Program-made: the position numbers and the translations under genes
Shown: positions 18,107 to 29,741 of the stretch, piece by piece
Layout of the letters: the number at the start of each line of letters is the position of its first letter
How positions within the stretch are numbered: the first letter of the stretch is position 1
The notes under the pieces: generated by a model
Database searches by the model: none
Told to the model about the DNA's origin: nothing
Seen by the model: only the letters and a program-made list of their open reading frames with translations
Assembly (NCBI GenBank): GCA_038231435.1
Contig: JBBRLJ010000040.1
Location: forward strand, 1-46,371
Source of the DNA: Planctomycetota bacterium
GTDB lineage: Bacteria > Planctomycetota > UBA11346
DNA length: 46,371 nucleotides
Direction: 5' to 3'

Positions 18107-19357
18107 ATGACCGACAACCTCTTCGACATCCTGAGCGCGCGCGGCTTCGTCGCCCAATCCACCGAGGCGGCGATCAAGGATCGGCTGGCCTCGCCTGTCA
18201 CCGCCTACATCGGCTTCGATCCGACCGCGGACAGCCTGCACGTCGGTTCGCTGGTGCCGATCATGGGACTCTACTGGCTCCAGCAGTGCGGGCATCGTCC
18301 GCTGGTGCTGGTCGGCGGCGCGACCGCGCTGGTCGGCGACCCGTCGGGCAAGAGCGACATGCGCAAGATGCTCTCCCGCGAGGAGATCGATGCCAACGCC
18401 TCGGCCATCGCGAAGCAGATCGCGCGCGTGGTGCGCTTCGACGCCCCGGCCCAGGTCACGCCGGCCGGAGCGAAGCTGGTGAACAACGCCGGATGGCTCG
18501 CGGATCTGAACTGGATCCAGCTGCTGCGCGAGGTCGGACCGTGCTTCAGCGTCAACCGCATGCTGAGCATGGATTCGGTGAAGGGCCGCATGGAGTCCGG
18601 GGGCATCACCTTCCTCGAGTTCAATTACATGGTCATGCAGGCCTACGATTTCCTGCATCTCCACCGCAGCGAGCGCTGCACCCTGCAGATGGGCGGACAG
18701 GACCAGTGGGGCAACATCGTCATGGGCATCGAGCTGGTGCGCCGACTCGACGACGCGCCGGTCGCCGGCCTGACCTTCCCCCTGGTCACGAAATCCGATG
18801 GCGGGAAGTTCGGCAAGTCGGAGAAGGGCAACATCTGGCTCTCCGCCGAGCGCACACCGATCTACGATTTCTACCAGTTCTGGCGCAATGCCGCCGATGC
18901 CGACGTGCGCAGGTTCCTCGGCTTCTTCACCATCATGCCGATGGAGGAGGTCGACCGGCTGTGCGCTGGCGGCGGCGAAAAACTGAACGCGGCGAAGGAG
19001 GTCCTGGCCTTCGAGGTCACTCGGATCATCCACGGCGAGGCCGCTGCGGAGCAGGCCCGATCGGATGCGCGGCGCGCCTTCGGGGCGGCGCAGGACATCG
19101 GGGGCGACAGCATCCCGCACGCGGATCTGGCGGCGGGTGAACTCGACGCAGGCATCGGCCTGCTCGCCCTGTTGGTGCGCGCCAAGCTCGCGGCCTCGAA
19201 CAGCGAGGCGCGCCGCCTGGTCGAGGGCGGGGGTGTGCGCATCCATGAGCGGGCTGAGAATGATCCGGCCGCGACGGTCAAGCCTACCGATATCGTCGAT
19301 GGACGGGTGGTGCTACGGGCGGGCAAGAAGCGCATGTTCCGCTTCGACGTGCGCTGA
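18107..19357 (+). CDS. tyrS: Tyrosine--tRNA ligase
   Basis: YIGFDPTADSLHVG (HIGH), EFNYMVMQAYDF, QMGGQDQWGNI, GKFGKSE (KMSKS), C-terminal S4 domain. Confidence 0.97.
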   Translation: MTDNLFDILSARGFVAQSTEAAIKDRLASPVTAYIGFDPTADSLHVGSLVPIMGLYWLQQCGHRPLVLVGGATALVGDPSGKSDMRKMLSREEIDANASAIAKQIARVVRFDAPAQVTPAGAKLVNNAGWLADLNWIQLLREVGPCFSVNRMLSMDSVKGRMESGGITFLEFNYMVMQAYDFLHLHRSERCTLQMGGQDQWGNIVMGIELVRRLDDAPVAGLTFPLVTKSDGGKFGKSEKGNIWLSAERTPIYDFYQFWRNAADADVRRFLGFFTIMPMEEVDRLCAGGGEKLNAAKEVLAFEVTRIIHGEAAAEQARSDARRAFGAAQDIGGDSIPHADLAAGELDAGIGLLALLVRAKLAASNSEARRLVEGGGVRIHERAENDPAATVKPTDIVDGRVVLRAGKKRMFRFDVR

Positions 19358-19397
19358 AGATCTTCCGGCTGAAGTCTCGGCAACGGGAGCCGCGACG

Positions 19398-19835
19398 TCA
19401 GTGCGCATGGGCGATCTCACCCGCCAGGACGTCGAGATGCCGTCTGACGTCAGCCTCGTTGGCCTGGAACATCGCGCGCACCTCCATCGGCATTTCCCAT
19501 TCCATGGCCTGCGCGTAGCGCTCGCGTGTGGCGGCGCCGATCGCCTGGATGGCGCGTACCGCGCCGTCGCTGCCGTTGGCGCTGCGCATCGCGGTGATGC
19601 AGGCCATCAGGTAGCCCTTGAGGTTGCGGGCGAATGCAGGCGGTTCGGCGCCCAAAGCGCGCATGACCTCGGACATCTCGAGCACATGGCGCTCGCTGTC
19701 GGCCTTGGAGCGGTAGAGCTCCTCGCGCAGGGCGGGCTCCTCCAGGTGGACGATCGCTTGATCGTACGCCTTGATCACATCGATCTCGAATTGCGTGAGA
19801 GATTCGAGCTGCCTGATGGTGTGCGCTGGGTCCAT
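19398..19835 (-). CDS. Ferritin-like four-helix-bundle protein (DUF2383/PA2169-like)
   Basis: LTQFEIDVIKAYDQAI, SERHVLEM..MRALGAEP, DVRRH; AGGAGG SD. Confidence 0.75.
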   Translation of the reverse strand: MDPAHTIRQLESLTQFEIDVIKAYDQAIVHLEEPALREELYRSKADSERHVLEMSEVMRALGAEPPAFARNLKGYLMACITAMRSANGSDGAVRAIQAIGAATRERYAQAMEWEMPMEVRAMFQANEADVRRHLDVLAGEIAHAH

Positions 19836-19986
19836 GGCTCCTCCTGCCAATCGGCATTGTACCGGGATCGATCACGGATGGCGAGGAACCGCGCAAGATC
19901 CTCTACATCACATCAACCATCCACACCACTTCGCCTCCTCGTAGGCCTGTCCCGCGTCCCCACGGCGTGGGTAGCCATAAAGACGC

Positions 19987-20030
19987 TATTGCTTATACAG
20001 CAATATTACCATATTGCTCTATAAGCAACA
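19987..20030. promoter_or_regulatory. Pair of palindromic operator-like sites TATTGCT-N5-AGCAA(T/C)A
   Basis: TATTGCTTATACAGCAATA (19987-20005) and TATTGCTCTATAAGCAACA (20012-20030), AT-rich, directly before the IclR start. Confidence 0.7.
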
Positions 20031-20034
20031 GAAC

Positions 20035-20661
20035 ATGCCTACCGCTCAGCCGAACAACTCCGTGCGCAATGGTTTCGATGCCCTCGAGGCGGTGGCATTC
20101 GCCGATGGCGGCCTCTCCACCGGCGACCTCAGCCATCGCCTCGGGCTCTCCAAATCGGTGGTCAGCCGGATCATGCTCACGCTGGTCGAACTGGGCTACG
20201 TCCACCGCGTCGGCCGTGGCCAATGGCGGACCCACGCGGGATTGCTCGCCCTGGGAACGGTGGGGCTGAGGCATTCTCCGTTGGTCCGCTGCCGCAAGCC
20301 TATGGAGGACCTCGCCGCCAGCCTGCGCTGTGTCGCCGCTGCCGGCTTCGTATGGAAACGCCAGGTCATCTACCTGTTCTCGGCCGGAGGCGGATTCGGT
20401 AATTCGTACCCGGTCGAGGATTCCTCGATCGGTCGCCTGCTCACCAGCAGCCGCCCAGCGGCCTCGAAACTGGTGTGGAGGTCTCGTGCTGACAAGAACC
20501 GCGGCGAATTCAGCCTGGCGGTGCCCTTCACCTGCGATGGCTTCCGTTATGGCCTGGCCGTGGCCGGTCCGGCGGATCTCTACCGTGGTGATGAGACCGT
20601 GAAGCTGCTCCAGGCCTGCGCCACGCGCATCGAGCACCCCTCGCCCGGCTCCAGCACATGA
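20035..20661 (+). CDS. IclR-family transcriptional regulator (short effector domain)
   Basis: SVRNGFDALEAVA..GLSTGDLSHRLGLSKSVVSRIMLTLVELGYV winged HTH. Confidence 0.8.
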   Translation: MPTAQPNNSVRNGFDALEAVAFADGGLSTGDLSHRLGLSKSVVSRIMLTLVELGYVHRVGRGQWRTHAGLLALGTVGLRHSPLVRCRKPMEDLAASLRCVAAAGFVWKRQVIYLFSAGGGFGNSYPVEDSSIGRLLTSSRPAASKLVWRSRADKNRGEFSLAVPFTCDGFRYGLAVAGPADLYRGDETVKLLQACATRIEHPSPGSST

Positions 20662-20682
20662 GCATCGACTGATAAGGACACC

Positions 20683-21582
20683 ATGACGGATCCCGATCAC
20701 CAGGGCGCCTCTGAGAGCCTGACCGACGCCCAGCGCGAGGGTCTCTTGGCGGACCTGCGCCGCGACGGCTACTGCGTGCTGCCCATGACCATGCCGCCTG
20801 GGCTGCTCGCGCGCTGCCTGGAGGCCACCGATCGGATCGCCACGCGCACGCGCGCCGAGGTGCGCGCGAGCGGGCCGACGCCGGTGAAGGTGATGAACTG
20901 CGTCGACGTCGAGCCCGCGTTCAGGGAACTGATGCTGTTCACACCGGCGCTGCAGCTCGCCTATGACACCTTCGGTCCCATGTTCCATCTCTGCCAGAGC
21001 AACGTCGTCAGCAGGCCGTGCGACGGCAAGACCACCACCGACTTCCTGACTTCGGCGCCCTGGCATGCGGACGGCCCGCGCCCAGGATTATTCCCGTCGA
21101 TCGACGGCGCAATGGGGCTGCACTACCTCAAGTTCGGCTATTTCTTCACCGATCTCAGACATGGTGATGGCGGCGCGCTGCAGGTGGTGCGCGGCAGCCA
21201 TCTCCGGGCCGAGCTCGATGGCGCGCCCCACGGCGGTTTCGACATCAGCTCGCATGCGCCGGATGTCGTGACCTTCGACTGCGCTCGGGGAACGATCGTC
21301 GCCTTCCACCAGGCGCAGTGGCATGCGGCTCCACCGAATCGGAGTCGGATCGAACGCAAGAACGCCTATATCAGCTATTGCCCAACGTGGATGCGCCCGT
21401 TCGACCGCGAACCGCTCCGCGAGTCGGATGGCGGCGATCTGGACCCGGTCACCCGCTGGCTGCTAGGTGAATGGCGGCCAGCGGCGCGCTGGTGGCTGCC
21501 GAGCGATGCCGATCTCCAGCGCCTGGCCCCGTTCGCGCGCCGCTCGGTCAGAGCCCCGGAGACCACCGTTCGCTACGAGTGA
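20683..21582 (+). CDS. Phytanoyl-CoA dioxygenase family (Fe(II)/2-oxoglutarate) protein
   Basis: DGYCVL, WHAD (HxD), GALQVVRGSH, WHAAPPN..R. Confidence 0.85.
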   Translation: MTDPDHQGASESLTDAQREGLLADLRRDGYCVLPMTMPPGLLARCLEATDRIATRTRAEVRASGPTPVKVMNCVDVEPAFRELMLFTPALQLAYDTFGPMFHLCQSNVVSRPCDGKTTTDFLTSAPWHADGPRPGLFPSIDGAMGLHYLKFGYFFTDLRHGDGGALQVVRGSHLRAELDGAPHGGFDISSHAPDVVTFDCARGTIVAFHQAQWHAAPPNRSRIERKNAYISYCPTWMRPFDREPLRESDGGDLDPVTRWLLGEWRPAARWWLPSDADLQRLAPFARRSVRAPETTVRYE

Positions 21583-21657
21583 TTGGAGCATGAATGGATC
21601 GTCGATGATGCGCCGGAAAGCGCTCTCCATCGCCCAGCCCAAGGATACAGCTACGGC

Positions 21658-22461
21658 ATGACCACTGGATCGCGCAAGGATCCCGCACCGCCCGTCGCCT
21701 CCGCACCCGCACCCGCAAGGCGCGGCGAGGATACCGTCGCGTCCCTGCGCGCCGAACTCGATGCGCGCGACCAGTTCCTGGATCTGGCCGGCCATCAGCT
21801 GAGAACCCCACTCACGCCGGCCACCATGCTCGTGCATCTGATGCAGGCGGATCCCGGACTGCCTGAACACCTCCACGAACACGTACGCATGCTGCGCGAG
21901 AACATCGAGCGCGAGGCGGAGCTCATCGATGAGCTGGTCGACCTGGGCCGCCTGTCGCGCGGCAAACTGAGCATCGTGTCCGAGTCCGGCGTGGCCCTGG
22001 ATACCCTGCTCGAGAACACCGTGGCGGCGGTGAAGTCCGATGCGGATGCCAAACGGCTGCGCTTGACGACGAGCCTGACAGCGACCCGCACGCGCCTGGC
22101 CGGTGACGCGACCCGGCTGGGCCGCCTGCTGCGGACCGTATTGAACAACGCGATCGTCCATAGCGTCGCGGGCGCCATCGACATCACGATGGTCGATGGT
22201 CACGACGGAACCGCCGTCATCGCCGTCGCCGATCAAGGATCTGGCATCTCGGAAACCGATATGTCGGAGCTGTTCTCGCCCTTCCCCCCTCGGACCGGCC
22301 CGTCGCGCAAGGCGACCAGCATCGGGGCCGGACTCGCCATCGGGGCGGCCGTGGCACGGCTCCATGGCGGATCCCTGACCGCCAACAGCGCGGGTGTCGG
22401 GCGGGGCGCGATCTTCACCCTCACGCTGCCCGCGCGCCCAGCGGTCGTCCTGCCCGGATAG
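21658..22461 (+). CDS. Histidine kinase (HisKA + HATPase) without a sensor domain
   Basis: GHQLRTPLT H-box, VLNNAI N-box, VADQGSGI, LFSPF, GAGLAI; start uncertain (TTG 21583 possible). Confidence 0.85.
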   Translation: MTTGSRKDPAPPVASAPAPARRGEDTVASLRAELDARDQFLDLAGHQLRTPLTPATMLVHLMQADPGLPEHLHEHVRMLRENIEREAELIDELVDLGRLSRGKLSIVSESGVALDTLLENTVAAVKSDADAKRLRLTTSLTATRTRLAGDATRLGRLLRTVLNNAIVHSVAGAIDITMVDGHDGTAVIAVADQGSGISETDMSELFSPFPPRTGPSRKATSIGAGLAIGAAVARLHGGSLTANSAGVGRGAIFTLTLPARPAVVLPG

Positions 22462-22555
22462 CCCACGTCGCCGTCGCCGTCGATAACGCGCATCATCCAT
22501 GGCGACGGGGACGCTGGGCCAGCCCAGCGGGGCGTACGGTCAGTGCCGACGATGG

Positions 22556-22942
22556 TCAGCCCGCGGAGGCGCGGGCTGTGCGCGCGCGGCCGCGACTCTT
22601 CTTGGAACCGGCACGGCCGCGCCGCTTGCCTGCTCCAGCTTCGACCTCCATGGGCTTGCCCGACCACAGGCCATGCACGCCGAGGAACACCAGGCCAGAA
22701 CCCACCAGCATGGGCGCGCCGACCTTGGCGATGTTGCCGGCCGAGTTGGTCTTGCGGACATCGCGGACATGATCGATGAGGGCATAGGTGCCGTAGGCGA
22801 GCGAACCCGCAGCGCCCGTGAAATAGAGGATGGGGAGCAGGGTCTCGTTATCGGGCAGATAACCGCCGACCGACGTGGCGGCCTTGCCGCCAGCCTTGGC
22901 GATGCTCGAACCGAGGTCAGAGATTTTAGAGAGCGTGAACAT
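22556..22942 (-). CDS. Hypothetical membrane protein with basic C-terminal tail
   Basis: Two hydrophobic segments, AGGAG SD, promoter-like sequence upstream. Confidence 0.65.
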   Translation of the reverse strand: MFTLSKISDLGSSIAKAGGKAATSVGGYLPDNETLLPILYFTGAAGSLAYGTYALIDHVRDVRKTNSAGNIAKVGAPMLVGSGLVFLGVHGLWSGKPMEVEAGAGKRRGRAGSKKSRGRARTARASAG

Positions 22943-22963
22943 GGTGGACTCCTATCGGGGCCT

Positions 22964-22993
22964 ATTATGAGCAGTTTCACCACCACTCCGCAA
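22964..22993 (-). promoter_or_regulatory. Putative sigma70-type promoter for the 22942 ORF
   Basis: TTGCGG-N18-CATAAT on the minus strand. Confidence 0.45.
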
Positions 22994-23082
22994 CGTATCC
23001 CCATCCATCGTTCGACACGCTCCCGTGCCCGATGCGCGATGGGCCTGTTTCGACCCTTTTCGCCTTTGACCTGAGCGCGCGT

Positions 23083-23091
23083 TGGTACAAT
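23083..23091 (+). promoter_or_regulatory. Putative extended -10 promoter of uvrA
   Basis: TGgTACAAT; TTGACC at 23066-23071 has only a 14-nt spacer. Confidence 0.4.
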
Positions 23092-23212
23092 CGCTCCTCC
23101 GCGCCACGAGCGGTCATGCACGTCCATCCTGGTCGACCAGCCACCCCTCCGGTGGCAGCGAGCAGCCGATGCGGATGGGCATCGGCTCATCGGCGTCGGA
23201 CCGGAGGCGACG

Positions 23213-26146
<2,934 letters not shown>

Positions 26147-26249
26147 ATCGGCCTCTGCCCCACGGATGACGCTGGAATAGCCGACCGCTAGCGAGTCTAC
26201 TGTGATTGTCGCGTCCCGTGGGATCTCCCCTGGACCCGTGGAGAGCTGC

Positions 26250-26990
26250 ATGCGTGTCGTCGTCGCCAAGGACAAGTCCGAACTCGGCCGTCGAGCCGCC
26301 GCCCATGGGGCGGAACTGATCCGTGCCGCCATCAGCGCGCGCGGTCGCGCCAACATCATCGTCGCCACCGGCGCCTCGCAGTTCGAGATGCTCGCCGAGC
26401 TGTCCAGTCTCCCCGACATCGATTGGCCGAAGATCACCGGCTTCCACCTCGACGAATACGTCGGACTGCCCATCGATCACCCGGCTTCGTTCCGCGGCTA
26501 TCTATGGAAACGCTTCCTCAGCCAGCTGCCCCTGCCGACGCGCACCTTCCATTTCGTCGACGGCGAGGCCGAGCCCGAGGCTGAATGCAAGCGCCTGGGC
26601 GCGCTGATCGCGCGCCACCCGATCGATGTGGCATTCGTGGGCATCGGCGAGAATGGCCACCTCGCCTTCAACGATCCGCCCGCCGACTTCGCCACACCGC
26701 AGCCCTACCTGGTGGTCCGCCTCGATGATGCCTGCCGCCGTCAGCAGATGGGCGAGGGCTGGTTCGCGACCGTCGCCGACGTGCCCGAGCGCGCCATCTC
26801 GATGTCGTGCCGCCAGATCATGGCCTCCAGCTCGATCGTGTGCTCGGTCCCGGACCTGCGCAAAGCCCAGGCGGTCGTGGGCGCCGTCGAAGGGCCTGTC
26901 ACCCAGCAGGTCCCCGCCTCGATCCTGCAGCGCCACGCCGACGCGACCATCTTCCTCGATACTCCCGCGGCCTCGCTGCTCACCCGGTAG
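26250..26990 (+). CDS. nagB: Glucosamine-6-phosphate deaminase family protein
   Basis: [36 protein letters not shown]. Confidence 0.85.
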   Translation: MRVVVAKDKSELGRRAAAHGAELIRAAISARGRANIIVATGASQFEMLAELSSLPDIDWPKITGFHLDEYVGLPIDHPASFRGYLWKRFLSQLPLPTRTFHFVDGEAEPEAECKRLGALIARHPIDVAFVGIGENGHLAFNDPPADFATPQPYLVVRLDDACRRQQMGEGWFATVADVPERAISMSCRQIMASSSIVCSVPDLRKAQAVVGAVEGPVTQQVPASILQRHADATIFLDTPAASLLTR

Positions 26991-27143
26991 CTTCCGCAAG
27001 CCCAGCTGGGGAGAGTGCCGGCTATGCCGCTGACGCCGCTGGAGCGCTGGGGCTCCCCCTGGGTCGCCTAGCCCGTCCCACCACGCTCCCGTGCCGCCAC
27101 GAAAACCCTGTAACGATGGGGCGTGGACGGAAGAGTACGGGTG

Positions 27144-27674
27144 ATGACCGCTCCCGGAGACGACAACGAACGCTTCGCGCGCCTGTGGACACGGGTCCAG
27201 CCGGTGGTGGCGGCATATATCCTGGGGCTGATCGGGGATGCCCACCAGGCCGAGGACATCCTGCAGAACACCGCCATCGTCTGCATGCGCAAGATGTCCG
27301 CATATGATCAGCAACGCCCGTTCGCCGCCTGGGCGATCGGCATTGCCAGGCTCGAGGTGCTGGCGAGCAAGCGCAGCGTTTCGCGCAGCTTCCTGAGCTT
27401 CCGTTCCGATCTGGTGGATGCCGTCGGCGAGGCCTGCGAGGAGCTGGCCGAGCGTGAAGGCGAGACTCTCGCGCTGCACCGCTGCCTCGACCAGGTGAGC
27501 GGACGGGCGTGGGAAGCGCTACGCATGCGCTACGATGCGGGCCTTGAGCCCGCCGCGATCGGCGCGCAGCTGGGGATGGCCGCTGGAGCGGTGCGCGTGG
27601 CGCTGACGCGGACGCGAGCCGCCCTGCGCACGTGCATCGAACGGCGCCTGCGCGGCCAAGGGACCCCCTCGTGA
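27144..27674 (+). CDS. ECF RNA polymerase sigma-70 factor (Planctomycete/Verrucomicrobia type)
   Basis: AEDILQNT, YDQQRPFAAWAIGIAR, ALHRCLDQV, region 4 HTH AVRVALTRTRAALRTCI. Confidence 0.9.
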   Translation: MTAPGDDNERFARLWTRVQPVVAAYILGLIGDAHQAEDILQNTAIVCMRKMSAYDQQRPFAAWAIGIARLEVLASKRSVSRSFLSFRSDLVDAVGEACEELAEREGETLALHRCLDQVSGRAWEALRMRYDAGLEPAAIGAQLGMAAGAVRVALTRTRAALRTCIERRLRGQGTPS

Positions 27675-29734
27675 TCGACGACCGCGACGCCGCCGACCTC
27701 GTGGATCGACACTTCGATGGTGGCCTCGACGCCGACGAAGCCGAGCGGCTGATGGCGTGGCTGCGCGAGGATCCGGCGCGCGTACGCGATCTGGTGCGCG
27801 CCGCCAGGATGCACGGCGACCTGCGCCACGCGGTTCGCGCGCGCGCGGCCGCTTCGGGCACGAGCGTCGGACATGATCGCGCGTCATCGTCGAGGCGATC
27901 GTCTCAGATCCAGACCACGGCACGGCCAGGCTCTTGGCGCTCCGCGAGACCATGGATCGCCGCGGCTGCCGCGAGCCTGATCCTAGCGCTGTGCTGGACG
28001 CTACGGCACGGCGGCGGCGAGCAGTCACCAGCGATCGCCGAAGTGGTGGCGGTAGCCACTGGCAGCGGACCGGCGCCGCTGATCGCGCGGCCCGGATCCG
28101 ACCCGATAGCGCTGGTCGCCGGCACGCGCGTGAGCGCGGACGACCGCATCCTTACCCGCTCAGCCAGCGTGACTGTGCGCTCCACGCGCGATGCGACCCG
28201 CTTCGAGCTCGCCCCCGAGACCACCGCGTCGTGGACGACGGAGAATGGATCCCCGCGCGTGGCGCTCGCGCACGGACGTCTGCGCGCAGCGGTGGCCAAG
28301 CAGGCGCCTGGATCGGTCCTGACGCTGAGCACCCCGCACGCGCTCGTCGAAGTCATCGGCACCGCATTCGTGCTCGCGGTGGACTCCTCCGCGACGAGCC
28401 TCGAGGTGTCCGAAGGCAAGGTGCGGTTCACGCGCCTGCATGACGGAACCGTTGCCGAAGTGGCGGCGGGAGCGCGCGCGTCGTGCGATGGCGAGGCGGC
28501 GCCGGTCTCGCCCTACCAGCGCTGGGCTCGCGGTCCGAGCGGCGATCCGGGCTTCTTCCCCATCGGGGTGTGGTCGCAGGATCCGAGCCTGGCGCAACGC
28601 TATCGCGACGCCGGTTTCACCTGCTACGTCGGCCTCCCTGATGGCCCGACCATCGCGCAGCTCGACAGCCTGCGCTCCGCAGGCATGCCCGTGGTGTGCG
28701 AGCAGAACGCCGCCGCCTTGGACGACCTCGATGACCGAGCCATCATCGGCTGGCTCGGCTCGACGCGTCCCGACGACGCTCCCGATGCCGGCGGCGACGC
28801 GAGGCCCGATCGCATCAGCACCATCGGAGCCGGCGCGCACGCCCCGGCCCCGGCGGGAGATTCCCTCGCGCGCTATCGCGACGAGGTCGCCCACGATGCG
28901 ACCCGGCCGGTGCTGCTGACCCTCGGCCGAGGCGTGGCGTGGGACGAATGGTACGGCCGCGGCACCCGCACCGGCCATCCCGGGGATTACCAGCAGTACG
29001 CCCAGGGCTGCGATCTCGCCAGCTTCGCCATCGATCCCATCGCGCAGCGCGAGATCTCGGGCGAGCTCTGGCGCGTCGCCTCGGGAGTCGATCGCCTGCG
29101 CGGCTGGGCCGGAGCCAAGCCGGTCTGGTGTTTCATCTCATGCGCGCGCTCGGCATCCGGAAGCGGTCCCACTTCTGAGCAGCTGCGCAGCGAAGCATGG
29201 ATGGCACTGATCCATGGCGCGAAGGGCCTGATCTTCTCGAGCGATGCGTCGCCGAGTTCCACGCCGGCACCGCTGCCAGAACCCCTGCCAGTGGATGCTT
29301 CCTCGCAACCGGCCCCGGCGGTGACGGCGACGCCGCTCTTCGAGGACCCGGCGACGTTGGCCGCGGTGGCCGCGATGAACCACCGCATCGCGGCGCTCGC
29401 GCCGGCCCTCAACGCACCGAGTCTCCCCGCCATTCAGGTCACATCATCCAACCCGTCGGTTCCCGTCGCGGCCATGCTCAAGCGCGATGGCGCCACGCGC
29501 TACGTGTTCGCGATCGCGATGCGCGACGGCGCCACCACCGCGGCCTTCCCGGTTCCGGATCTCGCCACGGACGCGGTGATCGAGGTGCTCGATGAAGACC
29601 GGCGCATCGTACCCGAGCGCGGCCGGTTCTCGGACGTGTTCGCCGCTTACGGTGTCCATCTGTATGCCATCCGCGCGGCGGACATGCCATCGACCGCGCA
29701 GAAGACTGCGCCCACAACCAACACGAAACCGTAG
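27671..29734 (+). CDS. FecR-domain anti-sigma factor fused to a C-terminal glycoside-hydrolase-like domain
   Basis: GTG overlaps the sigma stop; N-terminal anti-sigma helices, TM segment WIAAAAASLILALCW, FecR motif TPHALVEVIGTAF..LEVSEGKV, then about 400 aa beginning FFPIGVW. Confidence 0.8.
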   Translation: MIDDRDAADLVDRHFDGGLDADEAERLMAWLREDPARVRDLVRAARMHGDLRHAVRARAAASGTSVGHDRASSSRRSSQIQTTARPGSWRSARPWIAAAAASLILALCWTLRHGGGEQSPAIAEVVAVATGSGPAPLIARPGSDPIALVAGTRVSADDRILTRSASVTVRSTRDATRFELAPETTASWTTENGSPRVALAHGRLRAAVAKQAPGSVLTLSTPHALVEVIGTAFVLAVDSSATSLEVSEGKVRFTRLHDGTVAEVAAGARASCDGEAAPVSPYQRWARGPSGDPGFFPIGVWSQDPSLAQRYRDAGFTCYVGLPDGPTIAQLDSLRSAGMPVVCEQNAAALDDLDDRAIIGWLGSTRPDDAPDAGGDARPDRISTIGAGAHAPAPAGDSLARYRDEVAHDATRPVLLTLGRGVAWDEWYGRGTRTGHPGDYQQYAQGCDLASFAIDPIAQREISGELWRVASGVDRLRGWAGAKPVWCFISCARSASGSGPTSEQLRSEAWMALIHGAKGLIFSSDASPSSTPAPLPEPLPVDASSQPAPAVTATPLFEDPATLAAVAAMNHRIAALAPALNAPSLPAIQVTSSNPSVPVAAMLKRDGATRYVFAIAMRDGATTAAFPVPDLATDAVIEVLDEDRRIVPERGRFSDVFAAYGVHLYAIRAADMPSTAQKTAPTTNTKP

Positions 29735-29741
29735 GTACCCC

